Shown here piece after piece: positions 50,151 to 62,964 of a stretch of 64,000 bases of DNA. Numbering within the stretch: the stretch's first letter is position 1; each line of letters begins with the position of its first letter. The notes below the pieces were generated by a model that worked only from the letters and a program-made list of their open reading frames with translations, was not told the origin of the DNA and did not search any database. The stretch spans positions 52,025,037 through 52,089,036 of the forward strand of contig NC_057719.1 in assembly GCF_004010195.1 (NCBI RefSeq), in the 5' to 3' direction. A program made the translations under genes and the position numbers. The DNA comes from Chiloscyllium plagiosum. Its lineage: Eukaryota.

Positions 50151-51379
50151 CTGAACACTGTTTGGGATTTAGCCTCTCTCTCTGTCCCGTTCTTTCACAG
50201 CTGTACCCCTCAGCTTCTCAAATCTGCTCCACCATATATTTGGTGGCCTCCTATCTGTGAATGTTTGTCCTCTAATCGAAAGTAATTAGTGTAGGGCTGA
50301 TGTTGCCCTCAAAGCCTGAGACCTCTGCTGAATATTGCCACCATTGACTAGTTGGAAATTGGATGGCCTACGATCACTGTACATTATATTTTAATTCAGT
50401 CAGCACCATTTCCTACCAGTCAGGGGATGTTAATGCGATTTAATGATATTTTTAATTCCATCCTGCTGCTTTAGTGCCCTCATCACTAACCCCTCGCTCA
50501 CTTCCTCTGTCTCATCCATGCCAATCCATTGTCACCCATGCCCTGAACTCAACCCCATAATCCTTCATATCCTCTCTGTCAAACTATTCTACTCTACTAT
50601 TCGCTCCTAAAGCAGCTTATGTCAATGCAGAACCAAGCTCTAATCCCATCACTACACATTATTTTGCTTCATCACTGAATGTGCATGAACATTGTTCACT
50701 ACTTTATAAAAATACTCATTGTTAAAAATCCACTTACATTATTTTAATTACATAATGCCTTATTTGAACAAATAGTTAATTAAAGTGTACCATCCATTAT
50801 AACAACAATAATTGAAATTCATTTTTAACCCCACTTCAAAGTGATGCTAATCATTTAGGGCTGTCAATAAAACTGAAATGACAGGAACCTGGCTCTGATG
50901 ATGGATGGTTGTGAAATTAGTCATGTAACAGTAATGTTCAAGGCACATTTTTCAAATATTTATTGGACAGGAATTTTAAGTACCTTGAAAACTTGATAGT
51001 TCTTTTTCATAGTTTCTTTGACTGATCCTCTTGAAACTTTTGACAATTGATTTTGGCATGTTTGTTGGCAGTTCCAATCAGCTTGACATTTAACGGGTTC
51101 ATACACTTTTATGCATATTGATATCTGATTCTAACCACTCTGGAGGGTACTTTACTTCTCCCAAGAAGCACTTAGCTGCCTTTAAATGATGCAGCAATGT
51201 ATTCAAAGAGATGCCTGATCTCTCCAAAGGGGTACCTAGACTAACCAAAGAAAGGTTCAAAGTTCTTTTTGTGTTTCATATTCTTAGGTTACCAAAATCC
51301 AACTTCAGTGAGGCAGTTGATGATAAATAGCCAGATAGTCAGTGAAAAATGCATGAGCAAAATCCAACACAACCCTGTG

Positions 51380-51730
51380 TTATGGTGGCTCAGTAGTTAG
51401 TACTGCTGCCTCACAGCACCAGTGATCTGGGTTTGATTCTAGCCTCAGGTGACTGTCAGTGTGGAATTTGCATCTTCTCCCTGAGTCTGTGTGGATTTCC
51501 TATGGGTGCTCTGGTTTCCTCCCACTGTCCAAAACATGTGAAGGCTAGGTGAATTGGCCATGAGAAATTGTCCATATTGTCTAGAGATGTGAAGGCTAGA
51601 TGGATTAGCAATGGAAAATGCAGGGTTACTAGGGGTAGGGGTGAAATGGGTCTGGTTGGGATGCTCTTCAGAGGGTCAATGTGGACTCAGTGGGTCAAAT
51701 GGCCTGCTTCTACATTGTAGGAATCTATGA
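51380..51730 (+). mobile_element. HE1-like V-SINE (older)
   Basis: tggtggctcagtagttag head, V-domain, ggcctgcttctacattgtag tail. Confidence 0.9.
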
Positions 51731-53059
51731 AAATAGGAAATGCGGTATTTTCTCACCATGGTTGAGAGGCTTTTCATCTTGTTGAAAGTCCATGCCATTG
51801 GGCTGCCATACAATGGGAAAATAATACTTTTATTTCAGAAACATAATTTATTTCTACGCTGCAGGCAATGCTTTTCAGTAATAGCATGAAACTGAGTAAA
51901 TAATTACTACAAAAAAAAATCAGACTACTGATAATGGACACAATCTTATAACTTCTGGGGCACATTGCAAGATCCTTTCAGAAACTCTAAGAGCCATACT
52001 TTTAAAACCTTCTGCTAAAGAGAAATGCTTTCAAGTGCCTTTTCACCCACAAGGCTAATACTACAAAGAAACAGCCCTTAAATTTAGAGGCTCTCTCGAG
52101 CTCTGAGTGTAGCTCCAGCAGGTTTCGCTTCTTTTGTTGGTTCTACTGGTCTCCTGTTGATGTAAATATCGGTTAAAAATATGCAAGAATATTTTATCAG
52201 TGGTAGATAGCTTGGGTGTAAATCTCTAAATGTTTGGTTTAAATTCTAAACTTGTCATCTTTCACTTTTTCTAATTAATTTAAATGCCCAATAATCCAAC
52301 ATTAAAGGCACTGAATAAAAATTGAAGCATACATTGAGATTCAAAACAAAGCAATACTATGTAATGCATTCAAGGTTAGGTCAGACTCTCCCATTGAGAA
52401 ATAGTCTAAATCCTGATCTTATTTCTGATATATATGTTTATAGGCAGAGCAGGGAAAACAGAAATAGCTCTTATGAAGTGAGTAATTTTTACAACCTCGG
52501 AGAAATCTAGGGACATTTTCTGGATTTAATTTTACGCAGTATTTTAAAATACAAAGAAGTGAAATAGAAGCTGCCTCTCTGCAACAAACATGAAAGTTGG
52601 AGCCTGGAACCTGCTAGTCTGTTAAACACAGGGTAAGCTCTTTATCAGTTTGCAGAAGCTTTGTGGTAGGTCCTAATTTAACATTGTCCTGACATTAACA
52701 GATGTGCAAAAATCTAATTACACAATGTGGAATATCCTCTGCCATTATGCTGTTAATCAAGAATGATTTAACAGGTTCGACTTCAGAGAATTCTGGAATT
52801 TTTCACAGAAGGTGGGCATCACAGTATCGGCTGTCATTTATTGTCCATTCCTATCCACCTGCAGTCAATGTGGCATCAAAACACATACATTTAGTTTACA
52901 AAACTGGAAATACTGCCATTCTCTTTAATCTTGGCAGGATATTTGAAATCTGTGAAGAGATGGAAGTTCAGATCGTTAACACATTGCATTATTTTATGAA
53001 AGTCAAGAAATAGCCTGCCCTGAAATTGTTCTCTCAGTTAATAAGCTGCGTATAAAGTA

Positions 53060-53670
53060 AGATGCCAAACACAAAGACATAGAAGGTCAGATGTTGGAAG
53101 ACTTGGGCACAGAGATAGGTTTTGAAGAATGTCTTAAAGGAGAACATTGAAGTACTGAGGCTGAGAGGTGTAGGGAGGGATTCCAGAATCTGGGATCTCC
53201 AACAATAGTGGAGCAGTTAGAATCAAAGATGTTCAAAGAGCAAGCATTTGAGGAATGCAAAAAAGTCTGAGTGCTGTGGAGATGGAGGACAATACAGAGG
53301 TAGGTATGGCAATCTCATGGAGGAAATTGAAAATTAGGAGAATTTTAAATTAAGACTGGAAGCCAATGTAGGTCAATGATTATTAGATTGATAGATAAAT
53401 TGCTGTGAGTCAAGGCATTGCAGCAGTGTTTTGGATGATCTCAAGTTTGCAGAGAGTACAATGTTGGAGATCATACAGAAGAATATTGGAATAATCAAAT
53501 CTTAAAAAGAACCAAAGTCATGAATGAAAGTTTTAGTAACTGATAAGGCGACACAAAGTCAGATTGTTGGATTGTATAGAGGTGAAAATGGATGTCAACT
53601 GTGATTAAATGATTATGAGTTTGGAAGTTCATCTTAGGGTCAAATGTAAATTCCAATTTATGAACAAATT
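53060..53670 (-). mobile_element. Old L2-like LINE 3' remnant
   Basis: Similar to 35410-36040. Confidence 0.55.
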
Positions 53671-53684
53671 GGTTTAATCTCAAG

Positions 53685-53807
53685 GCGAAAGTGAGTACTA
53701 CACATGCTGGAGATTAGAGTCAAGAGTGTGGTGCTGGAAAAGCACAGCAGGTTAGGCATCATCTTGGGACCAGGCAAATCAATGATTCGGGCAAAAGCCC
53801 TTCATCA
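53685..53807 (-). mobile_element. Penelope-derived short element
   Basis: TSD GGTTTA(A/C)TCTCAAG (53671-53684, 53808-53821); minus strand CTGATGAAGGGCTTTTGCCCGAATC. Confidence 0.85.
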
Positions 53808-55216
53808 GGTTTACTCTCAAGCTGTTGCCCAGGAGAGGGAAGAATTCAATAGCCAAGAAACAGAGTTTGGAGCAGAAACTAAGTTTCCAAGATATTTACC
53901 ATTCATAAACTCTTAAATTATACTTAAATTCAAGTGTTAATATATATCAAAAAGATTACTGTTCTTAGTGTCATCCCTTGAGGACATTACAGTTCTTCCA
54001 GTTTGACAAAAAAACTGTTAATTTCTGATTTTTGTATGGTAGCCAATTTCAGAACCATTTGCGTAAGCCCTTTAATATCATGAGTTCATTTGAATAACAA
54101 GTCTGTTGTATGGCACCTTATCACATATCTTTTCAACGTTCACATACTTACGGCATTTTGTGGATTTTCACACAGAAGCCAATTACATTTTGTAATCTTA
54201 CAATTATTGCTGAAGCAGAGATAAACGCAAGACTTGAACATTAAACTTTGCTGTCATGTTCTGCCTTCCTGTTTGACCCTTTACACATACTTATTAATTT
54301 TACTGCTGCTTTCAACTAATTAACTAGGATCCAGGGAGATGACATGGAAATGTAGTTACAACATAACTGCAATAAGTAAAATAATTTAGCTAAACTCTAC
54401 TATTGTCAAATACTGATTTTCAGAAGATTAGAAAAATGCCTATGCATCTTGATGAAGAAGTAGTCACCTGAAAAGTGGTGTTTTTCCTGTGCGGAGACTT
54501 TTTAAAATTCATTCAAGGGATGTGGAATTTGCTGGGTGGGCCAAGATTTATTTCGTGTTTCTTAAGTGCCCTTGAGAAGCTGATGGTGAACTTCCTTCCT
54601 GAACTGCTGCCTTGTACAGTTGCAGTCCGTTTGATGTAGTTACACGTTCCATTCCATTAGGGAGGGGGATGCAGAACTTTGACACTGATGGAACAGCAAT
54701 ATTTCCAAGCCAGGATGGTGAGTGGTTTGGTGGGGAATTTATAGGTTATGGTGTTCCTTTATATCGGTTGCCTTGTCCTTCTTGATAATAGGAGTCATGG
54801 ATTTAGAAGTGCTGAATAAGAAGGCTTTCTAAATTTCTTCAGTGCATCTTGTATGTGGTACATGCACCTGCTCCTGAATATGGGTGGTCAAGGGTGTGCA
54901 CATTTGTGGATGAGGTTATAATTAATAGCAGCTTTGTCCTTGGTGCCTTCAAGCTGCTTGAGTGTTATTGGAGCTGCACTCATTCAGACAAGTGGGGAGT
55001 ATTCCATAACACTCCTTATCCATGCCTAGTACATAGTGGACAAGCTTTGGGAGTCAGCAGGTAAGTTACTTCCTACACGATGCCTGGCCTCTGACCCACC
55101 CTTGTAGCCATTGTGTTTATATGGTTAGTCCAGTTCAGTGATAGTAATGGCACTAAATGTCAAAGGTCTGTGTTAAATTCTCTCTTTGTCTTTTGTGGCA
55201 TGAACTTGCCACTTGT

Positions 55217-55409
55217 TAGAGTCAAAACGTGTGGTGCTGGAAAAGCACAGCAGGTCAAACAGCATCGAAGAGCAAGGGATTAACGTTTCAGGCTTAAGCC
55301 CTCCTAATGAAGGGTTTATGCCCGAAACATCCACTCTCCTGCTCCTCGGATGCCACCTGACCATACTTTTTGACTCTGATCTCCAGCATCTGCAGTCTTC
55401 ACTTTCTCC
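55217..55409. mobile_element. Penelope-derived fold-back element
   Basis: Inverted arms meeting at aagccct|cctaatgaaggg; core has G5>A. Confidence 0.85.
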
Positions 55410-55606
55410 TTATCTGTCCATGCCTGGATATTGTCCAGGTCTTGATGCATTGCCATTGACTGCTTTCATATCTGAGGGATCATAAAGGTACGGAACATTT
55501 TGCAATCAATTATTGATGAATATTCTCACTTTTAACCTCAATGGAGGGGAGGTGAGATGAAACAGTTGATGATAATGGGCCTAGGACACTATCCTGAAGA
55601 ACTGAA

Positions 55607-55920
55607 GGGCGGCACAGTGGCACAGTGGTTAGCACTGCTGCCTCACAGCACCAGAGACCCGGGTTCAATTCCCGCCTCAGGCGACTGACTGTGTGGAGTT
55701 TGCACGTTCTCCCCGTGTCTGCGTGGGTTTCCTCCGGGTGCTCCGGTTTCCTCCCACCATCCAAAGATGTGCAGGGTCAGGTGAATTGGCCATACTAAAT
55801 TGCCTGTAGTGTTAGGTAAGGGGTAAATGTAGGGGTATGGGTGGGTTTCGCTTCGGCGGGTCGGTGTGGACTTGTTGGGCCGAAGGGCCTGTTTCCACAC
55901 TGTAATCTAATCTAATCTAA
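55607..55920 (+). mobile_element. HE1-like V-SINE, full length, young
   Basis: Near-identical to 48605-48910; (atcta)3 tail. Confidence 0.96.
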
Positions 55921-56363
55921 ACTCCTGGCGACGTGTCCTGGAGCTGACATGACTGAACTTCAACAACCACAACAATCTTCCTATATGCCAGATAGGCCTC
56001 CAACCATCAGAGAGCTTTGCTCCTGATTTCCATTGAATTTTGCTCAAGCTTTTTGATGCTACAGTCAATCAAATGTTGCCTTGATGTCAAGGGCACTCAC
56101 TCTCACCTCACCTGTCACCTCTCACCTCAACTGTTTTGTTTAGGTTTGAACTATGACTATCATAAAGTTAAGAGCTGCGTGAATTTCATGTAACCTAAAC
56201 TGGGAGTGAGATGGTACATAGTAATCAGCAGGAGGTTTGCTCATCCATGCTTGACATGATGCCATGATATCTGGAATCAATGTTGAGGACTCCCAGAGCA
56301 ACTCTGTCCTGAATGTATACTATGTAGCCAACTCTGCTGGGTTGGTGTTGTCTTGGATATTGT

Positions 56364-56455
56364 AAGCTTTAATTCCATGAGAATTTCAATGGAATACTGT
56401 TCCTTGATTAAAGCTTTAATTCCATGAGAATGTCAATGGAATACTGTTCCTTGAT
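56364..56455. repeat. 47 bp tandem duplication
   Basis: aagctttaattccatgagaa...ctgttccttgat twice (starts 56364 and 56411). Confidence 0.95.
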
Positions 56456-57511
56456 GAGTCTGAGATAACTCTCCCAATTTTGGAACTAGCTAGATATCAG
56501 TAAGGAGGACAAGGTTGACAAGACTATTTCTTTTCTGAAGCCTTTGTTGATGTCAGGTGATCTGTCTGGTTACATACTTGTTTTCAGTTCTAATGATTGC
56601 TACAGCTGAGTCGGTTGCTAGACCATTTCAGAGGCTAGTTAAGAATCAACCACATTCCTGTTGCCATATGTAGGCCAGATCAGGTCAGGATAGTCAACCA
56701 AATGGGTTTTTAAGAGTCTATAGCATTTTCATTATCATTATCATACTTTTAATTCTAGGCTCTTATTAGTTTCAAATTCTGCCATCTGCCTTGGTGGGAT
56801 TCAAACGCAGGTCACCAGAACATTACCTGCATACCTAGATTATTAATCTAATGACAACACCACAAGGCCATTGACTCCAACATGACTTGCAACTCTGCAA
56901 AGAAATTGACATGTTGAACAAACTGTGTACTCCTGAATGCCAACTTTGATTGCCCAAATGATCTTTTAAAGCCGATTGGATTATAGTCAAACATTTAATC
57001 TATGCTCTGGTTCAGATGTCAACTGTTTCTCATTCCTATACAATAAAAACAAAGTATTCTGGATACTGGAAATCTGAAGCAGAACCAGAAAACATTACAG
57101 AAACTCAGCAGATTTAGCATTTGGTGAGAGAAACAAAGTTAACATTTCAAGTGCAATATGATTCTTTAAATCTAAAGAGATTTTGAAATGTAATGTGTTT
57201 TATGCCATTGTGAAAAGGCAGGGGGAGATGGTGGGGCAGGTCAGGTAGAACAGAAGGTCAGGGATTGGTTGGAAGAAGGGGGAGATTAAGTACCAGAGAT
57301 GTAATAGAACAAAAGGCAATGTAAGTGTTAGTAAAGCAACAAAGTATTAATCCAGAGTAGGTGACAAAGGCAGAATAGAGCTCAGTCTGAAAGCAAAATT
57401 GTGAAAACATGATATACTCTACCTTTTTGAGGTGGGGGCTAGTGGTTGTGAGGTGGTGAGCAGAAATCCAACTGAAGGGCAGAATTCATGTTAAAGTTGT
57501 TGAACTCAATG

Positions 57512-57684
57512 TCAAAAGTGTGGCGCTGGAAAAACACAGCCAGTCAGGAGCAGGAGACTCGACGTTTCGAGCTTAGGCTCTTCATCAGGATTGCTCGATT
57601 CTTCGGATGCTACTGGACCAGCTGTGCTTCCCAGTGCCACACATTTTGACTCTGATCTCCAATATCTGCAGTCCTCACTATCTG
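57512..57684. mobile_element. Penelope-derived fold-back element
   Basis: TSD GTTG(T/A)TGAACTCAATG (57496-57511, 57685-57700); inverted arms. Confidence 0.88.
57561..57588 (-). ncRNA. Minimal hammerhead ribozyme core, best-preserved copy
   Basis: CTGATGA-A-GAGC-CTAA-GCTC-GAAA-CGTC with a palindromic ACGT stem III. Confidence 0.65.
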
Positions 57685-57739
57685 GTTGATGAACTCAATG
57701 CTGAGTCTAGAAGATTGTGAATTCAACTCCTGGTCCAAA

Positions 57740-58083
57740 CATGACAATGCAAAATCTCTATTGACACTTGGTGTAGTACTAAAGGAATGGTGCATAGTTG
57801 AAGCTAAGTATTTTGAAAGGAATGCTTATCTGAGTCCTCATCTGCCCTCTAATGTAGAATTAAAATCTCACAAAACAATACTTGAAGAAGACAAGTATTG
57901 TGTCCTTATCAAATCTTTTCACTCCTTAACTGTTCATTATCAGCATGCTCTATGTGGGAAGTTGCCATGTGTATTTTGGCAGCTATGCTTTTCACATTAT
58001 AACAATCACCATACACTATAAAGCATTTCATTAAAACCCTTTAGGATATCTTGAAGTTGTTGTATAAATGTAGATCTTTCTTT
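57740..58083 (+). mobile_element. Degenerate Deu-domain SINE (SacSINE1-like)
   Basis: tatgtgggaagttgccatgtg...ttggcagctatg...acattataaca and an L2-like tail tataaatgtag. Confidence 0.55.
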
Positions 58084-58429
58084 AAGTCACAATAGTATTG
58101 TTTTTTCATTCCTAGCCTTATAATGATTTAAGAAGAATATACCAATCAAATGGAATTCCATGTGATTAATGTACTTAATATATTCTTAGAAGATCTTCAC
58201 AATGAGGCAGAAGATATGGTGTTTTATAAAAATAGGACCTTAGTTAAATTTAAACTGAAACCAAACATAATATTTTGAAAATAAATGGTCAATTAAATTA
58301 AATGAAATTACCAACACCATAAACACAAACCTAACGATAAAATAGCTTCCATTATTTGTGCTGCTCATGGCAATGGCAGCCTCCCTGAGATCAGCAAACT
58401 TTTCTTCTTTGTCCCATATGTTCAGAATC

Positions 58430-59330
58430 ACTTGATGGAGATGACGGGTAAGCTCTGCTCCTTCAAGTTTGAAAATCTCTGCTGGAATCCCTCTGCTCCT
58501 GTGGTTTTTTCATTCTTCATGTGTCTAATAGCAGTTTCAACTTTTGCCGCACTAGGTGGAAGTGCAAGATCATCTTTGAGTTCCTCAAATGTGTCCCCTT
58601 CAACAAATGCATCACTTGTAGGAGTTCTTTGAAGTGGCCTCTCCACTGGAGACAATGTTTTCTCAGTCTCTCAAAAGGATGCCATCCTCAAACACAAGTT
58701 TGAGGCCAAGGTGTTGGGTCAATGTATTGCCTTGGCATTGAAGAAACCCTGGGTGTCATACTTAAATATCCTTAGCTTTCCCAATCCTCTATTTGTTCTT
58801 GATTTCCCTCATCCTTCTTTATAACACCACCATTGTTTTTGATGAGTTCTCCCCTTTGCCTCACTGGTGATGTTGTTTGGCCAGGTATGGAAAGCTTTCC
58901 TCTCTTGTCAATGAGGTTGTGGATGATGTGGTCACTTATGTCAAACCAATTTTGGTGTTTCCTGGTCTCATATGTGATGGTTTCTTCACAGTATGAACTG
59001 ATGGCTATCTTTAACACTTTTCACGTTTCCTCACTCTATTGAAGGGAACACGCTGGAGATTTTGGTGAAGACGTTGTTAAAAATCACAAGTCTTTTTGGC
59101 TCTTGAAGCAGCTCAATGTTGATCTTTTTTTCTGAACTGTTTCTTCATCTTCATTTGCACTTGATGGATATTCAGGAGTGGATGAGCCAGTGATCTGTCC
59201 AGAGTTGCCTGTACCTGTCATTACTTTGATAATGAGGCTTTCCTTCAAGATCAAAAAATGATGTGACCGATCATGTGTGGTGCTTTGATCATGGATGCCT
59301 CCAAGAAGTCTTAAACTTGGAGACAGAAAT
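58430..59330 (-). mobile_element. RTE (BovB-like) LINE remnant
   Basis: KTSWRHP*SKH, RKHQNWFD, PPSAAKVETAIRHMKNEKTTGAEG. Confidence 0.8.
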
Positions 59331-59964
59331 GAAGGATCAGAGACAGTCTATCAACTCAGCCTGATGTCCTGCTCTCTTTCTGCAGGTTCAACAGCAATTG
59401 ACTTAGAATTCCAGAATTGTATATTTCAGCAATTCAACCAGCTCTGATTTCAGTCATGTGGCAAGGACTGGATTTCAGGAGCTAATGTCTCATTCAGTGG
59501 AATAATTGGGAGGTTGTTAAGCTAACAGTGCAGCTTTATATCCCCCATTAAGTTTTCTGTTGCAAGTTGATGAGGTAACTGTAAAAGCATTGGCTCTCAT
59601 TGTGGAATAATAGGTCTTAATATTTTTCTTTGTCTCGAGGTTCCTGGAAGCAGATGGCACTTTCCTATATTTCGTGCCAGCTTTAGCTGGAAGGTCTATA
59701 TAATGTAGCAGCTTCTGAAAATACAATAATATGATTAGCTTCAGTCTTTTTATGAATCCAGAAAGGTTGCCTGTTTTCAAAAGAAACAGAATTTTTAACC
59801 CCAAAATATAGAAGAGAATATAGCTTTGTTTGTATTTCTGTTCATGTTGTCTAGCCATGGCATATCTTCATCCTTGGCAAAAAGAAGAAATGAATTATAT
59901 CTTTTTTTTTAGTAGAGCATGTTTACAGAGAGAAAAATAAATTAAGGAAGTATGCAAACATGTT

Positions 59965-61200
59965 TGCATATCCGCCCTCTGCAAATGGATCTTTGACTTT
60001 CTGACCCATAGACTGTAATCAGTGAAGATAGGCAACAATAGTACCTCCTTCACAACACCAATTCTTAATACTGGCACCCTGCATGGATGCGTACTCAGCC
60101 CCCTACTGTACACTCATGACTGTGTGTGGCCAAATTTTGCCTGAACATCATTTACAAGATCGCCGATGACAACACCATTGTAGGCCGGGTGTGAAATAAT
60201 GTCAAGACAGAATACAGGAAGGAGACAGAATGCTTGGTGATGTGGAACAAAGGTAACAATCTCTCCCTCAATGTCAGCAAAGCTAGAGAGCTGACCATCG
60301 ACTTCAGGAATCAAAGTGGAGGACATGCCCTAGGCTGAAGGGTGACCTTATAGAGGTTTACAATTATGAGGGTCATGGATAGGATAAATAGACAGTCTTT
60401 TCGGGATATGGGCTAGGTGCTGGCAGGTGGGACTAGATTGGGTTGGGATATCTGGTTGGCATGGATGGGTTGGACAAAAGGGTCTATTTCCATGCTGTAC
60501 ATCTCTATGACTCTATAACGGAACCAAGGTGGAGATTGTTGAAAACATCATGTTCCTCAGAGTGATGATCACCAACAATCTGTCCTGGTCCATTCATGTT
60601 GATGTGATGGTCAAGAAGACACAACAATGCCTCTTCTTCCTCAAGTGATGAAGGAAATTCAACGTGTCCATGTGGACCTTCACCACCTTTTCCAGATGCA
60701 CCATAAAAAGTATTCTATCTGAATGCATCAATGGCTTGGTAGGGAATCTGCTCTGCTCAGGACCATAAGAAATTACAGAAAGTTGTCAACACATCCCAGA
60801 CCATCAAGCAAGCCAGTCTCCCATCCACTGACTTCATTTACACTTCTCAATGCTATGGACAGGCAGCCAGCATCATCAAAGATTCCTCCAACCCCAGTTA
60901 TAATCTCTTCCAACCTCTTCCATCAGGCAGAAGATACAAAAGCTTAAACACACATACCAACAGGCTCAAGAACAGTTTCTTCCCTTTTGTTATTAGACTT
61001 TGGAATGGCCCCCACAAATTTCAAATCTAATGATGATCTTGCTTCTTTTGCACCTTCTTTTCAGCTGTAACTTTGCATTCCATGCTCTATTCAATCACCC
61101 TATGATCTTTTCTTGTTATGATCTGCCTGTACTGCACTCAAACAAAGCTTTTCACTGTATTTAGGTACATGTGATGATAATAAATCAAATTAAATCATTT
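59965..61200 (+). mobile_element. Rex1/Babar LINE 3' half, split by a CR1 3' piece (60332-60516)
   Basis: ALCKWIFDFLT...NTGTLHGCVLSPLLY...THDC...KIADD; tail ttttcactgta...acatgtga...aataaa. Confidence 0.88.
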
Positions 61201-61605
61201 TCTCATTCATCCCAAAGAAAGATTAAAAAAAAGAGAAGCACATATACCCAGGTCCCTAAGAGAATCTGTCATTTGTTTGGCCATATTGCTCCAACTCCCA
61301 ACCCCCCACCCAGAGAGGGATAGGGAGTTTGATTTAATTGTGAGTGTTCTCCCACATCCATAGCTATGATTATGAGTGTGTTGCTCCCATCCTGTCCCTG
61401 CACAGTGGGGCCAAATCTTTCCACTCCTCTTCAATCAGGGGCATGAACTAGGCTGTGGAGTTTATGATTCTGGTGTTTGCTAGCCTGATGGTTGGTGGTT
61501 CAACTGAGCAATCTTCTAGTTTCTTCTTATCTGACTCCTCCTGGCTAACCTCAGGTAAATCCATTGCTCCGGTAGACTCACTGGTCAACTGGACGTTGTG
61601 GTGTA

Positions 61606-61791
61606 CAGAGGAACCCCCGTTATCTGAAGGACAAAGGGCGGGGGGAGAGGGGGCAGCATTTTGCTCCATTAATCAAATTCCAGATAGTTGAATACCGGAT
61701 AATATAGTTTAGCTGAATATTGGGACCTTGAGATCATGCCGGATAATCCGATATTCGGATAATCAAATGTTGAATAATTGAGCTTCCTCTG
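61606..61791. mobile_element. 186 bp Tigger-like MITE, same family as 2425-3378
   Basis: TA-CAGAGGAACC...GCTTCCTCTG-TA; gggaccttgagat is the reverse complement of 2483-2495. Confidence 0.85.
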
Positions 61792-61952
61792 TATTCTGTT
61801 CTTGAATCTCTCCTGTGACAGTCACACAAGTGCAGCAAAACTTGAAGTCTGTTGACTTTCCCTGTTCAGCTACATCGGGGAGGGGTTGGTCCCCTAACTG
61901 CCCCATATACTTGCTAGTTTCTCCATGTCTAACTCTCTATCTAACTATTCTA

Positions 61953-62805
61953 GAACATAGAACATAGAACAATACAGCACAGAACAAGCCCTTCGGCCCA
62001 CGATGTTGTGCCGAACATTTGTCCTAGCTTAAGCACCCATCCATGTACCTATCCAATTGCCGCTTAAAGGTCACCAATGATTCTGACTCTACCACCCAAC
62101 GAGAAAAGGCTGAGAACTCTCAACCTATCCTCGTACGACTTCCTCTCCATTCCAGGCAACATCCTGGTAAATCTTCTCTGCACCCTCTCCAAAGCTTCCA
62201 CATCTTTCCTAAAGTGAGGCGATCAGAACTGCACACAGTACTCCAACTGTGGCCTAACCAAAGTCCTGTACAGCTGTAACATCACTTCACGACTCTTGAA
62301 TTCAATCCCTCTGCTAATGAACGATAATACTTCATAGGCCTTCTTACAAACTCTATCCACCTGAGTGGCAACCTTCAAAGATCTATGTACATAGACCCCA
62401 AGATCCCTCTGTTCCTCCACCTGACTAAGAACCCTACCATTAATCCTGTATTCCGCATTCTTATTTGTTCTTCCAAAATGGACAACCTCACACTTGGCAG
62501 GGTTGAACTCCATCTGCCACTCCTCAGCCCAGCTCTGCATCATATCTAAGTCCCTCTGCAGCCGATAACAGCCCTCCTCACTGTCCACAACTCCACCAAT
62601 CTTCATATCGTCTGCAAATTTACTGACCCACCCTTTGACTCCCTCTTCCAAGTCATTAATAAAAATTACAAACAGCAGAGGACCCAGAACTGATCCCTGC
62701 GGAACTCCACTTGTAACTGGGCTCCAGGCTGAATATTTACCATCTACCACCACTCTCTGACTTTGGCCAGTTCGCCAGTTCTCTATCCAACTGGCCAAAT
62801 TTCCA
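61953..62805 (-). mobile_element. CR1 LINE RT and 3' end with internal deletions
   Basis: ORF 62223..62828 with SGVPQGSVLGPLLF and KFADD; (agaacat)n tail. Confidence 0.93.
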
Positions 62806-62964
62806 ATATTCTGATTTTGGACTGACAATAAGTTGCTATAATAGCATATGGATCACTCAGTCTTATTTTACATTTAGTAATTTTGACCATTGCTATTACT
62901 TTGCACTGGTCCATGCTCAGGAATGTTGGATTTCATTAGTCAGATGTCCTTGTTGTAGAAATAC

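Larger units (their letters stand above)
54505..56880 (-). mobile_element. Family B LINE derivative with tRNA-like 5' head, internally deleted, with two nested insertions
   Basis: A box 56860-56870, B box 56797-56807; endonuclease start near 56510-56210; RT ALDIKATFD near 56090; 3' tail near 54510. Confidence 0.7.
57040..57720 (-). mobile_element. Older Penelope-like 3' end hosting the element at 57512-57684
   Basis: Terminal repeat similar to 25755-25840; gttgaactcaatgctgagtc encodes the C-terminal (L)SIEF motif. Confidence 0.6.

Noticed and set aside
52540-52632. Exon-like segment with gtaagc donor
   Set aside because: Stops in all three frames; no supporting evidence.
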